Shown: piece by piece, positions 12,556 through 25,130 of the stretch
Numbering within the stretch: the stretch's first letter is position 1
Layout of the letters: the number at the start of each line of letters is the position of its first letter
Assembly: GCF_009914755.1 (NCBI RefSeq)
Contig: NC_060932.1
Length of the DNA stretch: 64,000 bases
Direction: 5' to 3' (one strand)
DNA from: the human T2T-CHM13v2.0 reference genome, Homo sapiens
Made by a program: the position numbers and the translations under genes
Notes under the pieces: model-generated
The model's input: the letters and a program-made list of their open reading frames with translations, nothing else
Databases searched by the model: none
Told to the model about the DNA's origin: nothing

Positions 12556-14406
12556 TTAAACCATTATTTTAAATGATGATCCAACATTCACATATAAGGA
12601 TGTCCATTATTAATTTAGCTAATTCTTCATTGTTGAACATTTGTCATTTCTTGTTTTCAGTATTACAAGCAACATTCCAAAAAGCATCCTTCTACCTTTA
12701 TCTGTGCATACTGAATTTTTAAAAATGTTCCATTAATTGGAATTTCAGCAAGAAATTTAATCCAAAGGTGACATTTCTGAGAGAGAATTGTGGTAATACT
12801 AATGCTTATGCCAGAACAGATAACAGCCATAAACTGGATTATCCCAGGAAACTCTTATGTATTTTTATCCAAGTTTCAGTCACTTTTCCAAAATTAGCAC
12901 ACATTAGCATAATAATTTTTTGTTATTTAGATTTGTTTTCTTTTTCCAAGAAGATCACAAAGTTTTCTATAAATTCATCAGATCTTCCCAAGAAACAGAA
13001 CAATTTCTGCTCAAATAAAGAGTGTGAGAATCTAAACTATAATTTTCAGACTCCAGGCACACAGTTATCTCATAATCGAATACTGCTTCCTATCAGAAGT
13101 ATCCAGTGTTTCTGTCTGAGACTGGCTGATTTTACATAATCTATTTACCTTTCACAGTTTCCTCAATTTGTTGGAACACAGAACTACATTTCTACTTTTC
13201 ATAATCATTTATTCTATTCAATAATGATTGAATATTCCATGCCAGGCAGCATGCCAGACACTGAAGGTACAAATATGTTCAACATTCATCAGCTCTTAGC
13301 AGTATGTATATAATATAGAGACTTTTGAAACATAAAACATTGTTTTCCAGTTCTTATACCAGTCTGTTTACCCAGGACCTCAGTTCTCTGAGCTTTTGTG
13401 CCTCCATTGCTCTTCTTCATGGAATGTCCTATCTGTCTATGCTATACCTACTATTGTCTATCTGAAGGACAACATCTCTTTATTCAAAATCTAGGGTTAA
13501 GTATTATCTTTTTGGTGAAGACTTCAGTGTCCCCTAAGCACTACATTTCTGTGCTCTAACTTGGGCAATATCTCCATTAAGGCACTTTTCATTGCTTTTG
13601 CAATTATTTACTTACTTGTCTTCCTTGAGAAGCAGACACAGTAATCTTCATCTTTGTGTCTTAAAAGCCTAGGTGTTTAGCACATGATAGGTACTAAATA
13701 AACTCTCACTGAATAAATGAAGGGAGGAAAAGAAGGGCAATGTGTAAGTATTCTTGGTCTTGCTCTTACAATGTGCGAAGTTTCCCCAGGGGCCAGGGAA
13801 GAGATTGTAATTCATCCAGAAGTTATAGGGCCCATACTATTAATAAGAGAACTCGCCTGATGGTAGCAGCTTCCCTGTTTTTCTCCTGGAGAGTTACTAA
13901 ATCCTAATGCCCCAGGGGGAATACAGAGGAATGCAATTCTATCCAAAGACATAAACTGGAAAATTAAAAGTGAGCATGAAAGCCGAAAACAATCTCCCTG
14001 CTGGTCATCAAACAAGTTCTAGACAGTTCTAGGCTTCCAAACGGGTCTATTTGAATAATTCCTGAGAAGCCAAGTAATCTTGTGTGGTTAATAGAAAAAG
14101 AGCAAGCAGAAACCAGGTAAGCAAATGCTGATCAAAAAGCCTCACCTTCACACTGCTGTGCTCATCGCCTTCCTTGTTGATTTTACCTACAAGAATGAAA
14201 GAATCTCAAGAGTCAGGACCATGCAATTGATTTCTTTTTATAACCTCAGTGTTTTTCCCAGTGCCTGATATAGAGTAGGTCCCTATTTCATGGTTGTTGA
14301 GTTGCAGGGCAGCCTCCATTTCCCCACAGGAATTTTTCATAGACACACAGGAACTGAAGCAAAATCTACCTTGGGTACTCTAGATGCTTTCAAGAGAGAA
14401 AGGCCT

Positions 14407-14684
14407 GGCCGGGCGCGGTGGCTCACGCCTGTAATCCCAGCACTTTGGGAGGCTCAGACGGGCGGATCACGAGGTCAGGAGATCGAGACCATCCTACTAA
14501 CACGGTGAAACCCCGTCTCTACTAAAAATACAAAAAATTAGCCGGCCTGGTGGCGGGCACCTGTAGTCCCAGCTACTTGGGAGGCTGAGGTGGGAGAATG
14601 GCGTGAACCCGGGAGGGGAGCTTGCAGTGAGTCTAGATCGCGCCACTGCACTCCAGCCTGGGTGACAGAGCGAGACTCCGTCTC

Positions 14685-14713
<29 letters not shown>
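14407..14713 (+). mobile_element. AluY
   Basis: Y diagnostics 'ggatcacgaggtcaggagatcgagaccatcc', 'gagaatggcgtgaaccc', 'gagcttgcagtgag'; many CpGs intact; pure A tail; flanking repeat aaaggcc. Confidence 0.97.
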
Positions 14714-14716
<3 letters not shown>

Positions 14717-14759
14717 CCTACCTGCAGTCATCTTAGACTTTTGAAAAATGACCTAGTTC

Positions 14760-14965
14760 CAGCAGTGGACTGGAACGACCTCATATTGACTTGTTAAGAG
14801 CCACTTGTTACATTAATTTCAAGGAATTTTGTGAGCCGCTTCCAAAAACCTGGCAGTTTGAAATTGGCATGGAGAGGGCATTTACACCACAGAAACTGGC
14901 AAACACTACAGATCAGAGTCTTCCCCTCCCCTTCCCAGAAAGCCATATTCCCATCACACCACTTT
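14760..14965 (+). mobile_element. MER63A-like hAT MITE
   Basis: 'aatttcaaggaattttgtgagccg' and 'ttgaaattggcatggagagggcatttacaccacagaaactggcaaacactacagatcagag'. Confidence 0.75.
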
Positions 14966-15443
14966 CTAGTTCTAAGTCTTGGGATCTAGCTTTTGTTTTT
15001 AAATAACCCTCTACTGGATTCAGACCCTTAGTAGCTTCAGCTAAAAACAATCTTTACTTATACAGGTAATGACTAACAGTACAGGGAAAGAGAAAAGAAA
15101 TACATTTATGTCTAAAATTAGGTTTAATATAGTGCCTCTTAATGACATTTTTCAAATTAAAAGTTACAGGTATAGAACGTATACTTTGAACTAAGAATTG
15201 ATTCTTAGGATAAGTTTTTTTAGTAGTCTGAGCTCCGATGCCCACATCTGCAGTTGAGGCTGAATAACTAATTACCACAAGTGGTAAACAAAATAATGTA
15301 CAAAAGATTAATAACAACAATTTCTTGACATGTACCACATAAGCACTTTGAACAGATGTTGTTTCAGCCCTCAACTCCTTAACTGAAGTTCATAGAGATA
15401 GCTTTATTTTGAATTCAGAGGTCTTAGATTTTCAGAAAGATAA

Positions 15444-15818
15444 TGTATTAGTCTGTTCTCATGCTGCTATAAGGACATACCTAAGACTGGGTAATTTATA
15501 AAGGAAAGAGGTTTAATTGACTCACAGTTCCACTGTGCTGGAGAGGACTCAGGAAACTTACAATCATGGTGGAAGGGGAAGCAAACACGTCTTTCTTCAC
15601 ATGTTGGCAGCAAGAAGCGCACAGCAAAACGGGGAACAGCCCCTTATAAAACCACCAGCTATCATGAGACCTTATTCACTATCATGAGAACAGCAGCATA
15701 GGGGCAACCACCCCCATGATTCAATTACCTCCCACTAGGTCACTCTCATGACACGTGGGGATTATGGGAACTAAAAATCAAGATGAGATTTGGATGGGGA
15801 TATAGCCAAACCATATCA
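15444..15818 (-). mobile_element. THE1C solo LTR
   Basis: 'tgtattagtctgttctcatgctgctat' ... 'agccaaaccatatca'; 5-bp TSD gataa / ggtaa. Confidence 0.93.
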
Positions 15819-15851
15819 GGTAATATAATTTACATATCATATGTAGATGAG

Positions 15852-15890
15852 GTGTGTGTGTGTGTGCGTGTGTGTGTATGTGTGTGTGTG
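15852..15890. repeat. (TG)n microsatellite, imperfect
   Basis: Directly visible GT dinucleotide run with two interruptions. Confidence 0.95.
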
Positions 15891-18554
15891 TTAACTATCT
15901 AAGAAGGGTCTTGAGTAGCTCTCTGTAACCAAACATATTAACTCCTCTGCAGTGAAATGCATGAAGATACACCTCAAACAAGGCTAAGAGTCAAAATAGT
16001 CTCAAGTGAATTCAGGTCAGACTTAGTCATCAAACGAATCTGCATGGAATTGCAAAAAGATTTAACAGTTTTTAGAGCCACTTATAATTTGAATTGTGAT
16101 TGGGGATTTCTGTCTGTATTGTCAATATTGTTAATTGGATATGTCCAGTGGGATTGTTTTATAACCAATATTTTCTGGTAAATTCTAACTTCAGAGCCCA
16201 ACATATTCTCCCTTAAATCATCAACATGTTTTAGATACTTTAGTTTTATCTCCCATCCTGGCTTTCACATCTTGAAGTGATATAAATATTCTTTGTGGGA
16301 TTCAGGAAACAAAAACAGTCACTCAGTAGAAATCATCTTTATCTCCTAAAGAGCCGCTGCTGTAAAACACATCACCAGCCTTTGCCATAGGGTATTTGGA
16401 AAAGCTATCACCAGCCTAAACTCTCTCATGAGAAATTCCTCTTCCCTTTCAGATATTTTCTCTTCAAGGAACAGGTCTTTACCATTATGGGTTCCCCACA
16501 TCCTCCAAAAATGTATAAAAGTATGGGTCTGAATTTATATTTCATTTGCTCCACAAGTTGAGATAACTTTTTTGCTACATGTTTTGATGACAGAATGTTT
16601 CAATGCTAGTCATGAACTTAAATAAACAATCCTTTCACTAAAGAGACAGCAACCCAAATTTCTACAGTCTAACTCTGTGAAGCATGACATTCTATTTTAT
16701 GGTTTCCTAACAGGATAATGGCTTGGCCATTTCTAGAGTGGACATGATTATATTTGCTGATTGGGTTTGTTAAAAATGCACTCAAATTTGACCTCTGCTA
16801 ACATGAACATAAAGTACATTGCAGACATTAATGATTCCAGATAGTCTACCCATTAGGACATTAAGAAACAGATCTGATTAAAAAGACATGTAATCTGTAC
16901 CTTACAGGCAAACTCATTCATACTTCTTTGGATTAACCAAATGTTAAGGACTACAGACATTAAGCTCTTCTGGGAAGACAGCTTTCTCTTCTATTTCTCT
17001 ATAGTAATAACTAGAACAGTAAGGGCAAAATGAAAGCTGAGTATCTAACCAGTATTTCTACATGGACTATTTTTGCTCTCTATTGATGTGCCAGGCACTT
17101 AGCTAGGCACTTTACACATTCCTCTTTTTAATTGGTTTGATGACTCTTATACCTATTATTAGTTTTTACATAAATGAGGAAACTTTGAGGCTTAGCTCTT
17201 TTAAAAAGGAAATCCCTAAAAGTTAGTGTTTATTGACATGGATTAGTAAGAGCAAAAGGGAATAGCACTTGATTAGCACTTGCTATGTTCCAGACATTTA
17301 ATAGAGATGGTTTCAATTGATGTTCAAAGCAGTTCAGAAAAAAAGATATACTTATTTGACAGGCAAGTAACCTGAGTTTAGAGAGATTAAGTCAACCAAG
17401 ATCACAAATGTAATAAATGGCAAAGATCAGATTCAAACCCTTGAGTCTGACTCCAGAGCCCAGTGCTTTCTATTATGTAAATCTGTCTGCCAGTCAGGTA
17501 CCAAGCCAGGTACAGTGGGCAATTAATAATCTCTACCTTCCAGTAGCTTATGATCTATGTTGGGAAACAATTTGTGTACATGTGACTAACATTGGAGGGA
17601 AGACGGGGTCACTTACAGAATGTTCAAAATGTGTATTTGAGACTTCTGGAGAGAGATGTTTCTCCCCACTTATTTCCATTTTCAGGGAGACCAGGTGAAA
17701 TAATGCTTCTGGCTCTCTCTACCTTCTTACATCTGATTGGTGAGCTTGGAAGGAAAAACTGGGCAAGTGTAGCCCAGGCCAGTAGTCTTTTTCTCTTCAG
17801 GATGCTACCTGCCCATGGAGAGCCTTATCATGCACCTCCATCCTGTGGTTTTTACCCACCATTGCCTATGAGTAGGCTGGTCTGGGTAAATTTAATCCTA
17901 AAGCGCAGAGTTTGTATGTTCACTTGCTCACAAATAACAGGCCCATTCTCCAAAGGTGATATTTTAGACTTATATCTGCTTAACTCTCTTGTCTTAATGT
18001 CCTTAATTTGACATTAGAAGCACTAATTATTGGGTTCCCTTGATTCCAACAGAGACCATAAAAGTCACAGAAGCCACAAAAAAATAAGTTCAACATTGAA
18101 TAAAGTAATTGGAAAAAGCTTCATGGAAATTGAGAACTCCGAATTGAACCTTGATAAATGAAGTGATATAGAGAAACACATGGTCTTTGCATTCCACAAC
18201 ATAGCAAAGCATAGCCCCTCATCAGAAAAAAAAAGAACACGGCTCTGTGGTGGTATTGGTACAGTCATGCTTTTAAATGTTGGCTCGGATATGGCAATTC
18301 TGTTATGCGTGTCAGAAATGTGTCTCCCTTTCCTAATCTGTAAAATTAAATAATTCAGTCTTTCAAAAGAAACGCTGCATATGCAGCATATTTTATATGC
18401 ATATATGGCATATTTTATATGCATATACCGCATATTTTATATTTAAAATAATGCACATAAACATAAAAATGTATTTTTTATAGACACAAATAAACTTCCT
18501 AGATGAACAGTACCTCATGAACTATTCTCCTTTTCCAACATAGCCTCCTTTTTA

Positions 18555-18900
18555 TCATAACATTTTTATTTTAGGAGAGTTTAACAATTACAAAACAATT
18601 TGCCGACATTGCTGAGTGTTCCCTGATACCCCTCACCTAGTTTCCCCCACTATAAATATTTTACCTCACCATGACACACTTGTTCAAACTAAGAAATTGA
18701 CATTGGTACATCGCTCTGAACTAAACTCCATGCTTTATATGAATTTTTTCTTTAACGTCATCTCTCTGTCCAAGGATCCAATCCAGGGTGCCATATTACA
18801 TTTAGTTGTCATGTTTCTCCATTCTCCTGTAGTCTGTAGAAGTTTCTCAGTCTCTCCTTGGTTTTCATGACCTTGTTAGTCTTCCTTCTTTTGAAGAGTC
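18555..18900 (-). mobile_element. L1MC4/5-like 3' end fragment
   Basis: 'gatacccctcacctagtttccccc', 'caaactaagaaattgacattggtaca', 'ccaaggatccaatccagggtgccatattacatttagttgtcatgtttctcc'. Confidence 0.75.
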
Positions 18901-19054
18901 AGTACATCATATCACAAGTGGAGAGCTTGGAGTTAGACTAAGACATTCATTATGATTCTGTCAAGTATGATTCATGTGACCAAAAAAAAAAAAAAAAAGT
19001 GACTTAACTCATCTTGGCCTTCACCTCCTCAGCTGTGAAATAGGAACAATAATA

Positions 19055-19135
19055 TTAAGTTGGTGCAAAAGTAATTACGGTTTCTTGCCATTACTTTCGA
19101 TGCCAAAAGCCTCAATTATTTTTACACCAACCTAA
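19055..19135. mobile_element. MADE1 (Hsmar1-derived mariner MITE) inserted in a MIR
   Basis: 81-bp palindrome 'ttaagttggtgcaaaagtaattacgg...cctcaattatttttacaccaacctaa' flanked by TA on both sides. Confidence 0.95.
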
Positions 19136-19179
19136 TACCTACCATACAGAGTTGTTATAAGGATGCAAAACACTGAAAT

Positions 19180-19653
19180 ACTCTAGAGAAACTAAACTAA
19201 TGGAATATATGTAAAGAGAGAGAGAAGAGAGATTTACTATAAGGAACAGGCTCATGCACATATGGAGTCTGGCAAGTCCCAAAATGTGTAAGGTAAGTCA
19301 GCAAGCTGGAGACCCAGGGGAGCTTATCAGAATCAAGTCCCAGGAAGAGCCAATGTTAAGTTCAAGTCTGAAGGCAAGAAAAAAAAAAAGCCAATGTCCC
19401 AGTTCAAAGACAGTCAGGCAGGGAGATTCCGCTATTACTTGGGGATGGGTCAGTCTCTTTGTTCTATTCGGGACTTCAACTGATTGGACAAGGCCCACCC
19501 ACATTGGAGAGGAATATCGGTTTCACTTAGCAGTTTGATTTAAATGTTAGTTTTATCCAAAACACCCTCACAGAAATGCCCAGAATAATGTTTGATCAAA
19601 TATCTATGCACGTTGTGGCCCAGTCAAGTTGACATGTAAAATTAACCATCACA
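19180..19653 (-). mobile_element. MLT2B-like ERVL LTR
   Basis: 'cttcaactgattggacaaggcccacccacatt', 'aaacaccctcacagaaatgcccagaataatgtttga', terminus 'ggcccagtcaagttgacatgtaaaattaaccatcaca'. Confidence 0.88.
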
Positions 19654-20119
19654 CTAAGCAAAAAGCCCCATGTCCACAGGGCATTCCGGAAACAGTAGCT
19701 ATTATAATTATTATGTTTAGATGACTGTCAAAAGGCACTCAGGGGTTTTCTGTCCATGAATCCATCTCCAGTCACAGGAAGAAGACTTTGGACACTGTTG
19801 AACAGGCTGCCATTTTCAAAAAAGAGCAGAAATCATCATTATAGGGGGAAAAATAAGGAAAGAACAACCCCTAAGTAAGCAAAATGTAAAAGATACCAAG
19901 AGTTAAGAGCCAGGGCTTGTGTCCTATCTGATGTCTCAGAGGGTGAGGAGGCAATGAACAGGGCTGCAGCTGACCTTTTCTACCCGCTGGCTGGGTGGTC
20001 CACGCACATTTCTGCTCCCTGAGTTTGTCTTCCTCATCTCTAAACCTCCCCTCCTCCAGCTGGGCGCAATTTGAGCATTGTTGCTCACCTTCACGTAGCA
20101 CCTATCGTGTCATACTCTA

Positions 20120-20836
20120 TTTATTCTCTACAGTTTGGTCACTTCTGTCAGTATCCTTGGTCTCTACTCTAGCACAAGGCATTGTCCTCTCTGATTTGAA
20201 CCACATTAACCCACCCACATCTGTCTGACTACTTCCACTCTTGCCCCTTCTGATCTTTTCTTTATGCTGCTAACAAAGTAATCCTCTCAAACTCTAAATA
20301 TCATTTCCCAAGCCCTTACCACCGTTATGGTTTCCCACTGATCTTGACATAAAGAGCAACATTCTTGGCAGGGCTTCGAAGCTTTCTTCAGGCTTCTCTT
20401 TCTCTGCTGTTCTTATTCCTCCCTGAATCTCAGTCACACTGGCCTCCTTTCGTCTCTTTCTGACTCCAGAATCTTTATCCAGTCTGTTCCCTCTGCCTGG
20501 AATATCTTTCCTGACCCATAATCTCTTGGACAACTGATTTTCACTCATTCTTCATGTCTTAGGCCAAATGTCACTTCCTAAGAAAGCCTTTCTTGATCCT
20601 TAAGACTAGGTGAGGGCCTTGTTTCCATCATAGATTTACCACAGCTTGTCATTTCAGAGGTGTACGTATTTGCATGAATATTTTAAAATGTCTTCGTCAT
20701 TTGTCTGTGGAGCCATGAGCAAAAGGGGTCCACACTTTATTATGGTATCTCTATCATCTGGCACCGTGCCAGTCACATAGTAAATGCCAAATGAATATAT
20801 ATTGAATGAATAAATGAATGAAAAAGTGAATGAACT
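20120..20836 (+). mobile_element. L2 3' end
   Basis: Pyrimidine-rich L2 body ('ctgttccctctgcctggaatatctttcc', 'aaatgtcacttcctaagaaagccttttcttgatcc') ending in a (TGAA)n tail. Confidence 0.8.
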
Positions 20837-23504
20837 AATCTCTTCCCTCCCCCTTGGATACTGGGGACCATGCCTTCATTATTATGTGCCTAGCACTTAG
20901 TGAAGTATCTGAAACTTAATGGGATGTTTCTATAAATGTGTATTAAAAGAAGGTACTTCCTAAGCAGTTGTACTGAGTGACCTTCAAGTTTCACCCAAAC
21001 AATACGTTTCTGTGACACTGAGTCTCTGGCTCCCACTTCTCTTGATAACAGGGAATTGTCTATGTTATGTCATGACTCTGTAGCATCTATTTATGATTAA
21101 ACCAAAACACAAAACTCTGGACAAAGCCTTTCCATTTTCAGTAGAGTTGAAAACACTTGCTGCATCTAAACTCTGTCCACCACCCTCCCCATCATTTGTC
21201 ATTCCTGCTAATCAAGGACATATTTCTACTGACTTCATTGGGGCCTCTGGTGCTCTCTGAGCTACTAAGATAAGAGAGAGTCCGTGCTTGGATAGTTTGG
21301 AAAAAATGAGGACAGAGGGATTGTGAAATGTTAATTGAAATAAAGCATGTGCGAAGGGAGGTAGGGTCACACGTGGAAGGAAGAGTCACTAGACAGATTT
21401 TTGTCCTGGGGTATTTTATAGGTGGTGTGCTCATAGGCTGTAATCGTCAGGGTGTAATCTTCTTTCCAGAAAGAACCCAGTCAGTACCGACATGGAGAAG
21501 TCAGCTGTTAGTCTTCTGATTTAATTCCCTTTCAATGCACCATGCTGGGGGAGAGCTTTCTCTAGAAATAAAACTGTCCCGTGGAAGAAGACGGAGAGAG
21601 AATTCAGAAATCCTGAGGACAAAGAGAATACTCCCTCATCCAGCTGCTGATCTGAAAAACAGGGCAGCCTTTAAAAAATTGTTTTCACTTGGAAACTATA
21701 TCAACTCTGCCTAGTGTCTCTGCATAATTAAAACCTGCTGTTTGCATGGCTTTTCAAAGATTTTAAAGAGACTCTCACATATATTTTCTTCAGCAAATTC
21801 CCATAATACCATGATGCTGACATTACTACTCTCACTTAATCCAACTATTGTAAGAAATAGGATAAGGGACTTGGCCAAACTTGGGTTGCTACTAAGTGGA
21901 AGAGATGGGAGTAGAACTCCGATATGCTGCTGTAAACCCCAATATTTTATTTTTTTTATTTTTCCCCTGTCACTCCACCTTCACTGCTTGCCCATGATGT
22001 GATCATGTGACTGAATCAGATGTGCTCAGGAAACCCAATGCTTCCTTCTAAGACCTCTAATTATGTTCTTGGAATGAATGAGAGTAATGTTCCTACATGA
22101 GTTGAGATCTGAGGACTGAGTGGGTGTCAAGGTTCACTTCTGAGAGCAATGCTGATCACATTCCCCTCCTTCATCCTTCCTGCCACTCTCTTCATTTCAG
22201 CCTCCTGAATGTGGCATCGGGAAGTCTGAAAACATCTCCTAATTAGTCTTCCAGCCTCTGGTTTTGCCTCCCTGATCTCTGCCAACCCAGCTATGCCCTA
22301 TTGAGGCCAGAGTGACATTTCTGAAATGCAATTTGGATGGCGTCATTTCTCATCTTAAAATTCTTTGTTGGTTTCTCATTACCTCCAGGATAAAGTGCAA
22401 ACTCCTCAGCAGGGCAATTACGGTGTTCATAACTGGACAAGTCCCTACATTTTTCCTTCATTTACTGCACTGACACTTACTGATGACCTGTGGATCTGGT
22501 GGATAGCAGTGAGAAAATGGACATGACGGGGTCCTGTCCTCAAAGCCCTCCCAGTCTGGAAAAGGGTTTCATATATCCTGGATTTTCTATTCTTGCCACC
22601 GTGCAGTCTCTGTTGTCTCCTAGAATATCTTTTCTTTTCTGCAGAACCCCCACGCAGCCCTAAAACTGCCAAACACCAGCCATCCCAATTTTCTGCATCC
22701 TGAATCCATCCTATAAGGTAAACGTAAGTTGTTATTTTCTTGACTCTGACAACCCTTTTACAACTCTCAAGAGGTTAGTTTGTTCCACTTACTTTACCTT
22801 AATTAGAGCATGCCTCACCTGGAATAACAATTATTTGTGCAAATGTTGTGTCTCTAAAGCCACCTTGAGCACCTTGATGGTGGACATGCCACCTTCATCT
22901 ATTCCCAGTGCCTAGTACAGAGCAAGGCACCAGCTGCAAAATACTTAGCTCCTTAAGAACACAGCCTCGCTTTTTGCATCATGAATCAGGCATTGTTCTG
23001 GCTGCACTGGCTGCAAATCCGCCCCTCCCAACCTCCAAATTTTCTCTTCAGTCTTCTCTTGCAGTCTGACTCTTGGGGTTATGTTCCAGAACAATCTGTG
23101 GCCATCTGTCCTTCCTCATTCTTTGGAGGCAGTCTTTCCATGGAAGGGTGACTTTGCTCTGTGGAGTATAGCTGGCACCCAGCCAGCCTACCACCAGGCC
23201 CACAGTTATTACTCAAGAACAGCTGTTGCTTCTGGAAGATGACGAGAACTTCTTGTTAAAAACTACTGGGAGTACACAACTACTACCCTTCATAATACAG
23301 ATGCATTCCTTAATTTTTAAAGCTCCTGTCAATTAGTAAAATGTAATTGTTTTTTATAAATTTTAACTAATATCTTCCACAGTACACTGAAGACGTCTTA
23401 GAACAGGAGTTATGTTTCCTGCATATTTATATTTTTAGCCTCTGGCAGACACTTTGTCTGTAGTTATTGCTCAATAAAAATATTGTAAGAATGCATGAAT
23501 AATA

Positions 23505-23758
23505 ACAATGTAGCATTTATTTACTGAGAGTATATTATATGCAGAGTAGTAAGTCAAATGCTTTGCATCTATATGTTCTCATTTAATCTGTAAAATAACC
23601 CTGTGAGGTAGTTATTATATTCACTTTACAGATGAGAAACCTAAGGCTCAGAAAGCTTGAGTAAATTTGCCATGTTCACACATCTGGAAAAGAGATACAG
23701 TTGAGTTCCAAAATGGATCTGTGACGCTGCAAATTTCCATGCTTTTATGCTCTATGTT
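23505..23758 (-). mobile_element. MIR, near full length (one of many MIR remnants in the window)
   Basis: Core 'ctcatttaatctgtaaaataaccctgtgaggtag...cactttacagatgagaaacctaaggctcagaaag'. Confidence 0.85.
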
Positions 23759-23844
23759 GTGCTTAAGAGGCCGGGAGCTCCATGCATGAAAAATGGCCCA
23801 GACTCAGTTTCCCTGTTCTGAAGTCTACCACCAACTAATTCAGG

Positions 23845-23957
23845 TAGGGGTCAAACTGACCTGGTTTGTACAAGACTGGCGAGTTTTCTGGAATGGGGGG
23901 CTTTCAGTGCTAAAACAAGGAAAGTCCAAGGCATACATGGATAAGCTGGTCACCCCA
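23845..23957 (-). mobile_element. MER81-like hAT-Blackjack MITE
   Basis: Termini 'taggggtc' / 'ggtcacccc'; internal 'ggctttcagtgctaaaacaagg'. Confidence 0.7.
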
Positions 23958-24279
23958 AATTTAGGGCTAATAAGATAGCACTAAAATGCTCAAGATAAAA
24001 TTCATTTGATCACTTGCTTTATACCAAAGAAAGTGTAGTGTATAGTTTGTGTGTGTGTGTGTGTGTGTACAAGCACATTATCATATTGTTAGGCGGAAAT
24101 GGGACATATTTTCGTGTGTCATTTATTTAAACTCCAAAAGAGCAGCTGGCCTAGACCAGAGCAGAAGCAGCTTCGTTTCTAAGCTGAAATTTAGGTATTC
24201 ATCCTTGTGTGTTGTAGGATGGGAAAATCACAAGCAAAGATACAGGCATGTTCTTTAACTCACTGCACAGATACATCCA

Positions 24280-25130
24280 GAATCTCATGCTCCCCAAACT
24301 AGGCATGTCCTCCACAATCTACACCCCCAGTACAGGCCCTGCCAGAGGTATAAATATTCATGTAGTCACACATTCATGACTTATACATATTAAATCATTA
24401 CACATAATCATAAATATGCATATCCAAGCTTTGTTGGATTCATACATTATTTGCACCCTTTCACAGTGGCACACAAAGACATCAAAAGGACCATACACAC
24501 CCATGTATACACACTTTTAACAGATACTACGTGCATGATGTGATTTATCATTCATGGTCACACAAAACAACACATGCAAAGCAAAATATGTCACCACAGA
24601 GACATCCATTGATACATATGTGCATACACACTTTCAGAATACTCAACTGCACATGCTCATCTGCACGGAGCAGACCTTTCCCCACTGTGTTATCCTTACT
24701 TCCAGAAGCATTTATGTGAACACTAACATACCCTCCCAAATCCGTATATTTAGTCACACTCAGAGGTGTAAGATCTACACAGATTCAGATTCACACATTT
24801 ACCTCTGTACATTTGTGTATTACCCCTTCTCTTTTTACTGACTTACATCTATACACACTTGTATCAATGTGCGCACGCACACATACACACACAAACACAA
24901 AGAATATACCCTAGGCAAGCTCTTGGATTATTGACAAGGCGGGGTATAAAGTAATAAATAAATAAATATAGCAGTAACAAATAAATAAATACATGCAGAC
25001 ACTGAGGTACACATGCATTTAAACTCTATCTTGGATATATCCATGTATATTGACATATATGCATTGTCTACTTAGGTTCTTTCAATTGGATATGTATTCA
25101 CCAGATGCACAGACACAAAGAATTCTGGGT
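24280..25130. repeat. Degenerate CA/CATA-rich low-complexity tract
   Basis: Recurrent acacat/catac/cacac words over about 850 bp with no fixed period. Confidence 0.6.

Larger units (their letters stand above)
15400..16050 (-). mobile_element. MER46C-like (TcMar-Tigger) MITE interrupted by THE1C and a TG repeat
   Basis: 'gaattcagaggtcttagattttcagaaag' before the LTR; 'aaacatattaactcctctgcagtgaaatgcatgaa...aatagtctcaagtgaattcaggtcagac...tttttagagc' after it. Confidence 0.7.

Noticed and set aside
17683-17691. Possible 9-nt microexon (ttttcAG|ggagaccag|GTgaaa)
   Set aside because: Weak donor and no upstream UGC motif typical of SRRM4 microexons; likely chance.
12768-18433. Longer non-repeat ORFs (123, 106, 139 and 122 aa)
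   Set aside because: Composition rich in F, L, I, S and C as expected from AT-rich non-coding DNA; no recognisable domain and no coherent exon structure.
22645-22723. Plus-strand exon-like segment with a good acceptor and two donors
   Set aside because: Stops in all frames, lies among L2-like pyrimidine-rich sequence where pseudo-acceptors are common, and has no supporting partner exons.
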